Below are positions 35,740 to 47,875 of a stretch of 64,000 nucleotides of DNA, piece after piece. The position numbers and the translations under genes were made by a program. The first letter of the stretch is position 1, and every line of letters begins with the position of its first letter. The notes under the pieces were generated by a model that had not been told where the DNA came from, did no database searches, and was given only the letters and a program-made list of their open reading frames with translations. The DNA is taken from assembly GCA_002269645.1 (NCBI GenBank), contig NIVC01000406.1, positions 193,045 through 257,044 of the forward strand, in the 5' to 3' direction. This stretch comes from Macrostomum lignano. Taxonomy: Eukaryota.

Positions 35740-36218
35740 AGCTCAATAACCAAGAATAGAGCTGCGTCACCAGAATACCTGAGCTCATCAATAACCAAGA
35801 ATAGAACTGCGTCACCAGAATACCTGAGCTCATCAATAACCAAGAATAGAACTGCGTCACCAGAATACCTGAGCTCATCAATAACCAAGAATAGAGCTGC
35901 GTCACCAGAATACCTGAGCTCATCAATAACCAAGAATAGAACTGCGTCACCAGAATACCTGAGCTCATCAATAACCAAGAATAGAACTGCGTCACCAGAA
36001 TACCTGAGCTCATCAATAACCAAGAATAGAACTGCGTCACCAGAATACCTGAGCTCATCAATAACCAAGAATAGAACTGCGTCACCAGAATACCTGAGCT
36101 CATCAATAACCAAGAATAGAACTGCGTCACCAGAATACCTGAGCTCATCAATAACCAAGAATAGAACTGCGTCACCAGAATACCTGAGCTCATCAATAAC
36201 CAAGAATAGAACTGCGTC
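35740..36218. repeat. 45-bp tandem repeat GAGCTCATCAATAACCAAGAATAGAACTGCGTCACCAGAATACCT
   Basis: About 10 near-identical copies; open on the minus strand as VIDELRYSGDAVLFL repeats. Confidence 0.95.
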
Positions 36219-36604
36219 ATTATACGATTTGTATCGTATGCTTCATCAATTAGAATATTAGCAACTACTATAAAATTGTTGTTATACATATTTATTGTCA
36301 ATTTTTCGGCTTGCGCCAATAGCAAACAAACAGGCCAGTTTACAGGGGGAGACGTAGAGCAAAAGTACAAATGACTGAATTTATGAAACAAACAGTAATC
36401 CCTCTGCATGGCAACAAGCATAAACTGGCCAGACACTACCAACGACTACTTAACTTAATGGTTCCTAATAAATATTTAATCAACTGGATGTCACGTTTAA
36501 AATATTTTCAACTTACGAAACGTTTCTCGGAATAGTTAATTATACAATCTAACCGATTAAACACGCGAAACTAAACAGAAATTATGCACATTTGAATTGA
36601 ATCA

Positions 36605-37200
36605 GGGATGCTTTTAAGTGACTCAGGGATATTTTCAAGTGACTCAGGGATGTTTTTCAATTGACTTAGGGATGTTTTCAGGTGACTCAGGGATGTTTTC
36701 AAGTGACTCAGGGATGTTTTTCAATTGACTTAGGGATGTTTTCATTTGACTTAGGGATGTTTCAGGTGACTCAGGGATATTTTCAAGTGACTCAGGGATA
36801 TTTTCAAGTGACTCAGGGATGTTTTTCAATTGACTTAGGGATGTTTTCAAGTGACTCAGGGATGTTTTTAAGCGACTCAGGGATGTTTTTAAGTGACTCA
36901 GGGATGCTTTTAAGCGACTCAGGGATGTTTTTAAGTGACTCAGGGATGTTTTTAAGCGACTCAGGGATGTTTTTAGTTGACTCAAGGGTGTTTTAAGGTG
37001 ACTCAGGGATGCTTTCAAGTGACTCAAGGGTGTTTTAAGGTGACTCAGGGATGCTTTCAAGTGACTCAAGGGTGTTTTAAGGTGATTCAGGGATGCTTTT
37101 AGGTGATTCAGGGATGCTTTCAAGTAACTCAAGGGTGTTTTAAAGATACCCAGGAATGATTTTTTTCAATCAACTCAGGGATGTTCTTAAGTGACCCAGG
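36605..37200. repeat. ~22-bp minisatellite AAGTGACTCAGGGATGTTTTTC just past the USP39 stop
   Basis: Direct reading; many units contain TGACTCA. Confidence 0.92.
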
Positions 37201-37292
37201 AAAGCGTCCCACATCATTGATTAAAAATGTCAAACTCGCAGGCAACACATTGAAATTTCAAAGCTTTAGAGAATAAATTTGAAATCGTTAGA

Positions 37293-40200
37293 CTACTCAG
37301 AAGATGCAGTCGGTGGAGGCGGTGGAGGTGGCGGTGGTGGCATCATTTCTGCGTCCGTCGATGACGATGCAGCGCTGGTGGCAGCTCCGACACTCTCGGA
37401 GAGCGCAGTTGGCTCCTCAGGCATTGGCGGCGGCTTGCCGTAGTTGGGATTAGGCACAGAGGTGTCCACCTGCCAGACCTGGACAAGGGTCTCGCTCAAC
37501 GGTATCATCTGCGGCAGAATTTCGTCAACGTGCAAATCCTGCAACTCGAACCATTTCTCCGTGCTGGAGTGCTGCAGGTGCACCCTGTAGGTGCCGCTCA
37601 CAGGGGTGCCTGGCGATTGGATTTGGGGTGGGTATCATGGGGAGCATGCGGTGCCAAAGGCGAGATAAAATTTGCACTTGAGATGCGATAAGAGAAGGGA
37701 ACGGAGTGACAAGAGTAGTCAGCGAGTGAGACACAGAGTGACAAGAATAGTCAGCGAGTGAGACACAGAGTGACAAGAACAGACACAGGAAAATGAGACA
37801 CAGAGTGACAAGAAGACGCGGGAAAACGAGACACAGAGTGACAAGAAGATGCGGGAAAATGAGACACAGAGTGACAAGAACAGACACAGGAAAATGAGAC
37901 ACAGAGTGACAAGACCAGGCACAGGAAAATGAGACACAGAGTGACAAGAACAGGCACAGGAAAATGAGACACAGAGTGAAAAGACCAGGCACAGGAAAAT
38001 GAGACACAGAGTGACAAGAACAGGCACTGGAAAATGAGACACAGAGTGACAAGAACAGACGCGCGAAAATGAGACACAGAGTGACAAGACCAGGCACAGG
38101 AAAATGAGACACAGAGTGACAAGAACAGGCACTGGAAAATGAGACACAGAGTGACAAGACCAGATACAGGGACTGAGAATATGCTAAGGAACTCACCGTC
38201 ATGCACTACGTTGGCAACCAAGTTGTAGGTGGTGAACTGGTGTTTAGCCCTGGTCCACGGGTCCAACAAGTCGCCAAAATCAACTCCGCGAACGGGAAAA
38301 TTTACAATAGTGGGATTTTTCTCCCGAGTGAATAGATTCTTGACGAAGCGTTTGACATAGAGCAGAATGTACTGGGGCAGCTTGATCAGCTGGAACCGCT
38401 TCATAGTGGAGTCTTTGTGCGTCTTGTACTCTTTTTTGGCGACGCCGTTAAACTTGGACAATATGCTGGACAGTGGCACCTGTGGGTTAAATAATTAAAT
38501 GTCAGTCATTAGCCTTAGAGCTAAAGTATACAGTACTAAATTATGTGCCCTGAGTCATATAAATATCAGTTTTGCCCATATTTATCTTGAATATCCTGAA
38601 TACTGAGCACTCTGAATACCCCTGAGCACCCTGAATATTCCCCCTGAGCACCCTGAATATTCCCCCTGAGCACCCTGAATATTCCCCCTGAGCACCTGAA
38701 TATTCCCCCTGAGCACCCTGAATATTCGCCCCTAAAAACCCCGAATATTCCCCTGAGCACCCTGAATACTACCCCTGAGCACCCTGAATATTCCCCCTGA
38801 GCACCTTGAATATTCGCCCCTAAAAACCCCGAATATTTCCCTAAGCACCCTGAATACTACCCCTGAGCACCCTGAATATTCCATCTGAGCACCCTGAATA
38901 TTCCCCCTGAGCACCCTGAATATTCGCCCCTAAAAACCCTGAATATTCGCCACTAAAAACCCTGAATATTCCCCCTGAGCACCCTGAATATTCGCCCCTA
39001 AAAACATTGAATATTCCCCTGAGCACTCTGAATATTCTCCCTGAGCACCCTGAATATTCCCCCTGAGCACCCTGAATATTCTCCCTGAGCACCCTGAATA
39101 TTCCCCCTGAGCACTCTGAATATTCTCCCTGAGCACCCTGAATACTCCCCCTGAGCACCCTGAAGCACATGACACTCCAACAGTACTACTAGCAGGCTAT
39201 CCAGTAAATACGAAAATCAATACGATATATTACAATAGCTGAAAACGCAAACTATTCTCACCTGCGGAATGAGCTTCTCTTTCATCTCGTCCGGATACAG
39301 CGGAGGCGGCGGCAGGTCGCAGGTTAAAAACAGGAAATGCGACTCCTCAACTTTCTCCGTGTATTCGTCCGTGTGAGCGAGAAGCAGTCGCTGCTCCTCT
39401 GTGAGCTCGACTGGGATCACCTGTTAATAAAAAATCAAAAAGTAAACGGCACGAGTAACTTCAATTTAGTTCAATGGGCAAATGCCTCGTCATCTAATTA
39501 GTATTAATATTAGGGAAATTGTCTTACTTTGTGACTATAGATCCTCATTTTGCCGCGAAAAGTCTTATTCACGATTGAACTGCTGACAGACTTAGTGCCA
39601 TTAAGACCCATATGAAGAGTGTTGAGCAGCCAGGACATAAAATCTACAGCGTCGCTTTGCACTGTGAACTGGAACCGTTTCTTGCTGCAGAGTACGACCG
39701 CCTGGGGAGAGAAATTGGGTGCACTTTTAATAGATGGACGTTGATTGTAGGACTGGCGCTCTGAACAGGTGGGTGTAGGTGTGGCATTCATTCTGCTCAG
39801 AGAGTGATGTTCAGGGTGTTCAGAAATATGGATTTTCAGGGTCTGTGCTCAGGGTTTGGTGCTCAAGAATATGGATTCTCATCTCAGGGACTAGTGCTCA
39901 GGGACTGGTGCTCAGGGACTGTTGCTCAGGGACTGGTGCTCAGGGACTGTTGCTCAGGGACTGGTGCTCAAGGACTGGTGCTCAGGGATTGGTGCTCAGG
40001 GACTGGTGCTCAAGGACTGGTGCTCAGGGACTGGTGCTCAGGGACTGTTGCTCAGGGACTGGTGCTCAGGGACTAGTGCTCAGGGACTAGTGCTCAGGGA
40101 CTGATGCTCAGAGACTGGTGCTCAAGGACTGGTGCTCAGGGATTGGTGCTCAGGGACTGGTGTTCAGGGACTAGTGCTCATGGACTGATGCTCAGAGACT

Positions 40201-42254
40201 GGTGCTCAAGGACTGGTGCTCAGGGATTGGTGCTCAGGGACTGGTGCTCAGGGACTGATGCTCAGAGACTGGTGCTCAGGGACTGATGCTCAGAGACTGG
40301 TGCTCAGGGACTGGTGCTCAGGGACTAGTGCTCAGGGACTGATACTCAGGGACTAGAGTTCAGGGACTGGTGCTCAGGGCCTGGTGCTCAGGGACTGGTG
40401 CTCAGAGACTGGTGCTCAGAGACTGGTGCTCTGGGACTGGTGCTCAGGGACTGGTGCTCAGAGACTGGTGCTCAGGGACTAGTGCTCAGGGACTAGTGCT
40501 CAGGGACTAGTGCTCAGGGACTGGTGCTCAGGGACTAGTGCTCAGGGACTGATGCTCAGAGACTGGTGCTCAGGGACTAGTGCTCAGGGTACCGTCAGCA
40601 TACCTGGAGAAACTCGTGCGGCGACACGTGGGCTTTGAAGTTGCGCGGGTTCCAGAGCTTGCGCAGCAGCTCCCCGAAGCGTCGAACCAGCAGGCTGGCC
40701 CGGTCTCCGGGCGGCCTCGGCAGCCCAATGTAGTTCTGCTCCCGAAGAAAATAATTACGCAGAGGCGTTGCCCTGGACAGAATATGAATAATAACGCTGC
40801 AATAGTCGCTAGCTTTGAGATTGTTCAGGCCGACAATGCCCGGATAATATGGATTGCCGTCGTGAGCTCGGACCATTCGAGTATCCGAGTCCATTCGAGC
40901 GATATAAACTCGAGAATAGGTGGGATTAGCCAGGTAGATGATGTCCTGCAGCGACGGGTGTACGAACTCGTAATCGTCTGGCAGGCAGTAGAATTTGTGC
41001 GTCTCCAGATTGAGAAACACGTAGTGACCCATCGCCATGCTGTGGGTGTGGGCGTGCGTGCCCTTGCCGCGACCCTGGGAAGAAGGAATGGGGAGAGATG
41101 TCCCATCTTTGTAAAATAAGGTAACTTACTACTCGTGGGTTCCCTCTCTCAAATCTTCGCTCCCATCTTTTTGAATCCTAAATCGCATCCTCTGGGTCTT
41201 AGATCTCTTTTAAGCTTACAACCTTGGACCCCATCCCCCGAATCCTAGACCCCATCCCCCGAATCCTAGACCCCATCCCCCGAATCCTACACCCCATCCC
41301 CAACTCCTAGACCCCACCCCCTGAATCCTAGACCGCACCCCCTGAATTCTAGACCGCACCCCTGAATCCTAGATCCCATCCCCAACTCCTAGACCCCACC
41401 CCCTGAATCCTAGATCTCATCCCCGAATCCTAGACCCCACCCCCTGAATCCTAGACCGCACCCCCTGAATCCTAGACCGCACCCCCTGAATCCTAGATCT
41501 CATCCCCTGAATCCTAGACCGCACCCCCTGAATCCTAGACCGCACCCCCTGAATCCTAGATCTCATCCCCCGAATCCTAGACCGCACCCCCTGAATCCTA
41601 GATCTCATCCCCCGAATCCTAGACCCCACCCCCTGAATCCTAGACCGCACCCCCTGAATCCTAGATCTCATCCCCCGAATCCTAGACCCCACCCCCTGAA
41701 TCCTAGATCCCATCCCCCGAAAGCAAGATACCACCCCCCGGATCCTAGTTTCGCATCCCCTGAATCCTAGACCCCATCCCCCGAATGCAAGATCCCATCC
41801 CCCGAATCCTAGACCTCATCCCCCCGAATCCTAGACCCCATCCCCGGAATCATAAACCCCATCATCCGAATCCTAAACCTCATCATCCAAATCCTAACCC
41901 CATCCCTTAAATCCTAAACCCATCTTAAAATCACAGCCTCACCTGAAAATACTTCCCGCACACCAGGCAAGCGTAGACATTCAGATGCGACAGTGACACG
42001 GAGCACAGCTTCTCAAAATCGAAATCCAATCGATTCCGATCGATGGTGTCCAAATATGGGCAGTGCCGGCTTCGCTCATCAGTTCCAGGTTTACGATCTT
42101 CCGCCTCAGTTTTGAACTCAGTCAATCCATTATTGTCCAACTCATCCTTTGCCTCCTGCTTGATTGGCTGGTCAAGTTTAGCCAGTTTAGTCGGCGGTTC
42201 GCCTTCGCCATTACCATTTTGACCTTCAGCTTCACTGCTTTGTTTGGAATCCAT
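37293..42254 (-). CDS. USP39: U4/U6.U5 tri-snRNP-associated protein 2 (USP39/Sad1, inactive ubiquitin-protease fold), 571 aa. Exons 42254-41943, 41074-40604, 39701-39528, 39420-39262, 38479-38197, 37609-37293
   Basis: CPYLDTIDRNRLDFDFEKLCSVSLSHLNVYACLVCGKYFQ|GRG (ZnF-UBP); YPGIVGLNNLKASDY; LWNPRNFKAHVSPHEFLQ; FLTCDLPPPPLY; KNPTIVNFP; WFELQDLHV. All junctions are GT/AG and phase-consistent; 1716 nt = 572 codons. Confidence 0.97.
37690..38170. repeat. USP39 intron 5 ~35-bp repeat GAAAATGAGACACAGAGTGACAAGAACAGGCACAG
   Basis: Direct reading. Confidence 0.92.
38590..39168. repeat. USP39 intron 4 ~23-bp repeat CCCCTGAGCACCCTGAATATTCC
   Basis: Direct reading. Confidence 0.92.
39805..40592. repeat. 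USP39 intron 2 14-bp repeat GGTGCTCAGGGACT
   Basis: Direct reading; about 50 copies. Confidence 0.95.
41230..41925. repeat. USP39 intron 1 ~21-bp repeat CCTAGACCGCACCCCCTGAAT
   Basis: Direct reading. Confidence 0.92.
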
Positions 42255-42337
42255 GCTGCAGATTGGGTCCAAAATTGTAATTTACGCTACTGATAGTAGG
42301 TTAGGGCTGGTAAAATATGTGACTAGATTATTATTAA

Positions 42338-44517
42338 TAGGGTGTCGACGGCCTCCTTTATCTCCTTTATTTGGACAAAATCTCCTTTATTATAGTTGTA
42401 TTTAGTACAGTTTTGTACATTTGTGTACTTTTTGTACATTTATTACTCTTAACTGATATAATGTGCTGCATCAAAATAGTAGCAATAAATTTTTATAAAC
42501 TGTCTAGCACGCCTGCAGCTACATGTAGACCACCTGGTGCAGGTTGGTATGGATGGCCCAAGTATCAATTCGAAGTTTTTTCGCGATTTAAAGACAAAGC
42601 TACAGTCTGAGACTGAAGATCTCACTGGTTCGGTTTTTCTTGACACTGGTACCTGTGGATTGCACACAGCAAGCCGATCATTCCATTGCAGCCATGATGC
42701 CAGTGGTTTCTACGCAACCTGTATTATTTGTTTAAAGACTGTCAAGCTCGTGTAACAGAATTTCAAGCAGTGACGCACTGCTACAATCTACGCCCAATCC
42801 AGTTCTGTACTGTCCGCTGGCTAGAGAATTCCAAAGCAGCCAACCGAGCACTGGAAATGCTTCTTAGCTTACGCCAGTGGCTGGCTTCAAAGAGACCTGA
42901 TGATTCAGAGTCCCTCATGTCACAGCTTCGATCTGCCTGTGCTGATAAGTACTTAGAGGCCAAGCTTCATTTTTTGTCTCTATCGCCAACCTACTTGAGC
43001 CATTTTTGCGACAGTTCCAAGCTGCTGCACCAATGTTTCCATTTTTGTACGAATCTCTAGGAAAAGTGCTTCGCAGTGTCATGCTACGATTTGTGGATGC
43101 CGACGTGATGAAGAAGTGCCTCACAGTGACCCAGCTCTTAGACGTTGACTTAAGCCAACAAGGTGTGCAGAAAACTACTGTGGACTTTGGTTCAGCTGCT
43201 TAAGCTGCTATTGAACAACTCAAGCGACAAGCAACACCACCAACTCAACATGAACACTTGGCTTTTCGCACCACTAGTCGCGAGTTTTTTTTGAAAGTGC
43301 ATGAAAAGTTGGTTAGGAAGTCCCCTTTGGCACAGCGTATGGCCAGGGCAGCAAGTTCTCTATCACCGCACCTTCTTCAGGAGGACACTAGTTTGTGTAA
43401 CAAGAGGTTCAAGTTGCTAATGAAGCTGCTTTCTGACTCTGGTTGGTTGACACATGAGGATGCTGATAAAGCAGTTTTTTATCATGTAAAGTGATCCTCA
43501 GTGCTGTGTAGCTCTCTGCAGAAGTTTGACAGGCATACTGATCGACTTGATGTGTTCTTTTCTAACCTCTTCTCAGCAGAAAGTGCTGAAAAATTGCAAG
43601 GAACTTCTTTGGATTGTGCCTGTTGTTCTAATATTGTCACATGGACAGGCATCATTTGAAAGTGGCTTCTCTATTAACAATAGTCTGCTGGTGGAAAACT
43701 TATCTGACCGAAGCCTAATTGCAGAGAGAATTGTTTCCCAAGCTATTCATGATGCCAGATCAGTCACAGCAATTGCTATCACTCCCAGAATGCTGGAGCA
43801 TGTACGATCTGCCTGTTCAAGGTGCCTGGAAGCTCGAGAGCTGCAGCATAAACTGGACTCCGAAAGTGAACAGAAGACTAAAAATAAAAAGTGGCAGCAA
43901 GAGATGGTTGAGAAACTTGAGAAAGAAGTGGCAGCTAAGCGTCATACAGCAGATGCAGCAACAAAGGATGCCAATGAGCTTCAAAAGAAGCTTGATGAGT
44001 TGAACAACTCTGGCCCCTAGTATTGACATTTTTACATCTAGAGACAGCTAATTTCATTCAGGGGACAGTCTAGTTTTTATATTTTGCCTGCATGAATAAG
44101 TGTAAAGTGTTTTTTTCTGTTTTGAATGTAAATGTTTTCCCAACTAGCAGTTTTATTACTATTACATAATTAGTTTCATGTGTGCAAGCATTTTATGATG
44201 AAGAAGTGTGCATATATCAGTGGTAACACTGATTTCATTTATTTTTAACACAATCATATACTTTCTTAACAGCAGGTATTTCTCTAGCAGGTAATAAATG
44301 ATGATAAATAGATCTAAATAAGACAAAAATGTTTCTCGCATAACTCTAAATGTACAACAGCAACTTATATAACACGAATGCATAAAATTAATAAAAAGTC
44401 ACATCTTTTTATTTTAATGCTGTAGTTTTTTTGCTTAAGTCTTGTTACTAAGATGAAGTCCCCCTTCAATAGCTGTATCTTCTTTATTTGGGAGACAAAG
44501 AATGTGTCAACACCCTG
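42338..44517 (+). mobile_element. Decayed hAT-like DNA transposon (2180 bp) with a fragmented transposase
   Basis: Termini (T)AGGGTGTCGAC ... GTCAACACCCT(G), flanked by TATTAA on both sides (42332-42337, 44518-44523). Consecutive ORF pieces contain MDGPSIN (catalytic D), CGLH (CxxH), VRW and LSHGQASFESGFS (hAT-type E motif), broken by stops and frameshifts. Confidence 0.8.
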
Positions 44518-45146
44518 TATTAATTTATGCTATAAACCAAAAAAAAATACTTTTTTTCCTGCTACCAGACAGGCTTTGTCATCAATACTAGCAACTTACA
44601 TAATGAAAAATTGATCTTTATATAAATTACTTTAAATTTAAATATAGCCAAGAAGTCACACACTGTTAAGTCTATATAAAACATAAAACTATAAGTAAAA
44701 CTATAACAAGTGCAATTCATTTTCTTTAAGAATAGAATTTAAAAATCAAAATAGAAAGATAAAAAATGATATACTTAAGGCACAGTAGAATTTGCTAAGC
44801 ATCTTTGACCCATTGAAATAGCACAAGTCTGCAGACTTTCTTAAAAAATTTTCAAATATATATCAATAAATTTACAACCTTTTTTCACAATTGCATTTTT
44901 TATAGGCCTAAAGCATATGAATTTATACATTGACTATAATTTTGCATTTACTCTTTGAAGGTCAAATAATACATCACTATAATATATTTTATTTTTATCT
45001 CTATTTTAGATTGCAATTGGATCAATAATTAACCATTCAACAATTTGCCTATTTGAAAAGATTACTAGCCTAGCATTAATAGTTTATTTAACATTAATAC
45101 CAGATATTACTATTTTGCTATACCTAGATATCAAGCAAAGAATTAC

Positions 45147-46662
45147 AGTTACTTTGGTAATAGTCGGTTCAGTGACAGTCACTTTGGTGACATCTATTTT
45201 AGTGATAGGTTACTTTGGTAACAAAATAATGTATACATAATTTCACATTTAAACTGAAATAAATACTCTAGATTAGTCACTTGTAATTTAATGCCTTGCT
45301 TAAATAGGTCAGTTTTGAAAAAGAAGTATACTGCTTATTTAAAGTGAGATGTTTCTAAGAAAAAGAATGTATATTTTAATTTTTAAGATTTCTTTTCAAA
45401 GCACAATGCAGGTTCTTAGAAACATGCTATATTATTTCATCTAAAATGTAACTTGTCAAAAGCTTACAAAATAAATATAAAATACTGTGTCTATGCACAT
45501 TGGCAAAGCATAGATGTAAAGGTAAAATTATAAGATAGATTAATTAAGGCTTAAATTTATTTCTTAGAGCAATTTTTTTATGTTTACTTCTTAGAAACTT
45601 TTTGCTTAAACAAAAAATTATATTGTACCTTACATACATATATTTTGTATATTTACTTGGCAGGACATTGAAATATAGGGGCCATTCCATATAATTATGG
45701 TCGTAACATGACAGACTATTTTTACTTATAAAATGAAATCTAATAATCGAATATACTAAACCAATATTTTGAATGAAAGATTATTTTGTCAAGAATATGT
45801 TTATAAAGTTTCATATAGATATCATCATTAGTATAGATGTTATTAAACCTTGAATGGCACTTATGGTCGTAACAACAGGATTTTTGACATATAGAAACTA
45901 AAAGATAAAAGTCTTATAAGATTTTTCATTTTTGATATTTTGCAATAATTTTTTTTAAATTTGACTAAGAACATCTTTAGAAGTCATACTCTTTTATTAG
46001 AATATATTAACTCAAAAAGGCAACAAAGATACAAAAGAAAAGGCAGCCTTATGGTCGTAACATTATGGTCGTAACATATTTTTTTTTGTCAATTCAGTAA
46101 CTTTGAAGTACTAATATATTAAAAATATAATAGATTATATGGTTGCTAATGTTTTTATCCAATGATGCAAGTACTATAATCTTATATATAGTTTGTTTTA
46201 ACCTTCTAAAGCTTTCTATTTGTTTTTAAAAGGTACATAAACATAATGATGTCTTTTGCTTAGAAAATGTCCATTTTTTACAAAAATAACTTTTTGCCAA
46301 TTGATAACATACTAATCCAACATTTTATCATTTATTTTTTCTTAGATTGTATACATTACATACAAAAAAAAGATTTGGTAAAAAAATTGGCTGATAAGGC
46401 AATGACAAGCAAAAATATTGACTTTTTTCTTTTTTCCAAATATGTCCATCTTATATGGAATGGGCCATAGTAATTTCTGAGAAAACTATTTTAACTTAAA
46501 TTAAAAATAGATTTTAAATTATTGACCAAAAGGTTTTTTTACAAAAATGTCCTATTGAACCATTCGCATTGGCTCAACACACGTTTGTCACCAAAGTAAC
46601 CTGTCACCAAAATGGTTGTCACCAAAATGACTGTCACCAAACTGACTGTCACTGAAGTAACT
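45147..46662. mobile_element. Degenerate foldback/non-autonomous element with ~80-bp inverted arms (45147-45225 and 46584-46662) made of ~14-bp subrepeats
   Basis: The left arm reverse-complemented (ttgttaccaaagtaacctatcactaaaatagatgtcaccaaagtgactgtcac) aligns with the right arm (ttgtcaccaaagtaacctgtcaccaaaatggttgtcaccaaaatgactgtcac); outer ends not resolved. Confidence 0.6.
45679..46466. mobile_element. 788-bp non-autonomous TIR element nested inside the foldback element
   Basis: 16-bp TIR GG(G/C)CCATTCCATATAA (15/16 match); ATAG on both flanks; four internal TTATGGTCGTAACA copies (45695, 45861, 46049, 46063). Confidence 0.7.
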
Positions 46663-47021
46663 AGTTCCCTAAGCAAATAGCAAATGTTATGTTTTACAAA
46701 CTGCAATAGGCAGATCTGTGCAATTATTCTTTGCAACTAGATATAAAAGCTAAGGTAGGAATTGCAAATCAAAGTAAGGTATTGTTGATTGGTAGGATAT
46801 AAAATTATGGGCTGAATTGATAAATACATAGATAAGATTATATAAGAGAAAAGCTAAATATTGGTATAGAAAAATCTTTGGTATAAGAGCTACTGCAATG
46901 GGAAAATGATATACTATGAAGCTAAATAGATATTGCTGTGGCTATAGCATGTTCTGCTTAGGGTGGGATTATAAAAAAGCAGCTGGCATTGTTAGATTGC
47001 TACACTAATTAAAAAGCCAAA

Positions 47022-47133
47022 GGCAATCCTGAAGATTCCTGCGTTTAATTATTTTATGGAATTATTTCGCCCTCTATTCAAGGGTGGTGGAGGGTGGGGG
47101 TTATAATTAAACGCAGGAATCTTCAGGATTGCC
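47022..47133. mobile_element. 112-bp MITE
   Basis: Perfect 31-bp inverted repeats GGCAATCCTGAAGATTCCTGCGTTTAATTAT with a 50-nt spacer; 8-bp flanks AAGCCAAA and GAGCCAAA (7/8 match). Confidence 0.75.
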
Positions 47134-47875
47134 GAGCCAAAAACTTCTTTAATTCTTCTGAATTTCTGAATTTTTGCATAACTTTTTATTGTTCAACATT
47201 GCAGCATTGTGTATTAAAATTTTTTAATTTAGACTAGGCCTATCATAATGAACAACATGAGTATATTTGTTGTAGACTTGTAGGCCAAGGCCCCTAGTTT
47301 TTCCTAAATTTGGCAGGGCCTAGTTATAGCCTAGGCCTAGTAGTTACTAGTACATAACTTTCTAGTAAATTATAGTATTCTTTGTCCCTACAGAGAAATT
47401 AGTAAGCTTCAAAGTTCCGAATGTCAACAGCGACTTCCTAGAAGCCTAGGCCTGCATGCCTGCCTTAAGTATAGTCAGCAGAAGAGAAAAAAGTAAATTC
47501 TTTCTGTCAGCGCAGTCAAATTTGAATTTAGCTGGGCGGCGCTGAATTCCTCGAAGCACTCACCGATTAAAACAAACTTATCAAGGGAGGAGAAAGCTCT
47601 ACTAGCTCTGCTCGCTGTATAGAAGAATATGCTGAGATTGCTGACTGTGTGAGCTAAACGGTCTTTTGATTGCCGACTGCTCTATTTCTTAGTAAAAAAC
47701 CCGTTATTTCTAAATTCTGCTAACTGGCTGACCCTCGTTTCTGGATTTTTTAAATCTCACCGTCGCAAAATTCTGTTCTTGTGAAAGTTCGGTCTGCTGA
47801 ACCTGATGTTTCTGCGTTGTGAAAGTGGCGTGATAATTTGAATTTGTTGACGATCTGAAATTTTCGAGTCAATCA

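Noticed and set aside
40790-40860. USP39 has Asp in place of the catalytic Cys (NNLKASDY)
   Set aside because: This is the known pseudo-enzyme state of USP39/Sad1, so it is not novel.
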